In this document: positions 63,896-64,000 of the stretch, piece after piece
How positions within the stretch are numbered: position 1 is the first letter of the stretch
Layout of the letters: each line of letters opens with the position of its first letter
IMG/VR virus record: IMGVR_UViG_3300049927_000072
Coordinates: 1 to 64,000 of that record
Length of the DNA stretch: 64,000 nucleotides
Direction: 5' to 3' (one strand)
Source: a virus
Position numbers and translations under genes: made by a program
The notes under the pieces: generated by a model
What the model was told of the DNA's origin: nothing
Databases searched by the model: none
What the model saw: the letters and a program-made list of their open reading frames with translations, nothing else

Positions 63896-64000
63896 ACCCT
63901 GACACTCGCATATCTGTGCACTGCTACGAAGGCGACGCGCACCAAGTGGTATCGGCGCTCGGTCTCTACACGCATCATCAATGTCCAGTGACTGTGATTT
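63892..64000 (+). CDS. partial ORF, possibly a second glycosyltransferase
   Basis: ATGA-coupled MNPDTRISVHCY...; truncated by window end. Confidence 0.45.
   Translation, partial: MNPDTRISVHCYEGDAHQVVSALGLYTHHQCPVTVI

Overview
The window is most of the genome of a tailed dsDNA phage with siphovirus-type tail genes. Its terminase, DUF4055-type portal and capsid resemble YuA/phiJL001-like phages. The host is probably an alphaproteobacterium (Hyphomicrobiales-like), judging from a GapR homologue, CtrA-like boxes and apparent GANTC avoidance. Layout: (1) 1-18.3 kb, minus strand: replication and accessory genes (SNF2 helicase, HD hydrolase, family A DNA polymerase, DUF2815 SSB, GapR, DUF2800 nuclease, HIRAN, Ntn-protease). 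(2) A divergent prim-pol/SF3 helicase followed by a 1.1-kb non-coding control region (iterons, degenerate 40-bp repeats, TTAA array). (3) 21.7-35.4 kb: small early/middle genes, including RtcB and an unannotated ArfA-like minigene. (4) 35.4-64 kb: late head and tail genes, ending in probable glycosyltransferases. No integrase, tRNA or CRISPR array was seen. The strongest novel candidate is a set of five otherwise unrelated small late proteins sharing a 10-aa N-terminal tag, MKD[AE][QR]GHGS[DE], which may be a capsid-targeting cargo system. Other candidates are two paralogous three-gene fibre cassettes with repeat-encoded scaffolds, a possible translation-rescue set (ArfA-like, uS15-like, RtcB), AUGG-loop hairpins upstream of head genes, and a fixed CtrA-box promoter architecture. 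All family assignments come from motif recognition by eye; no database searches were run.
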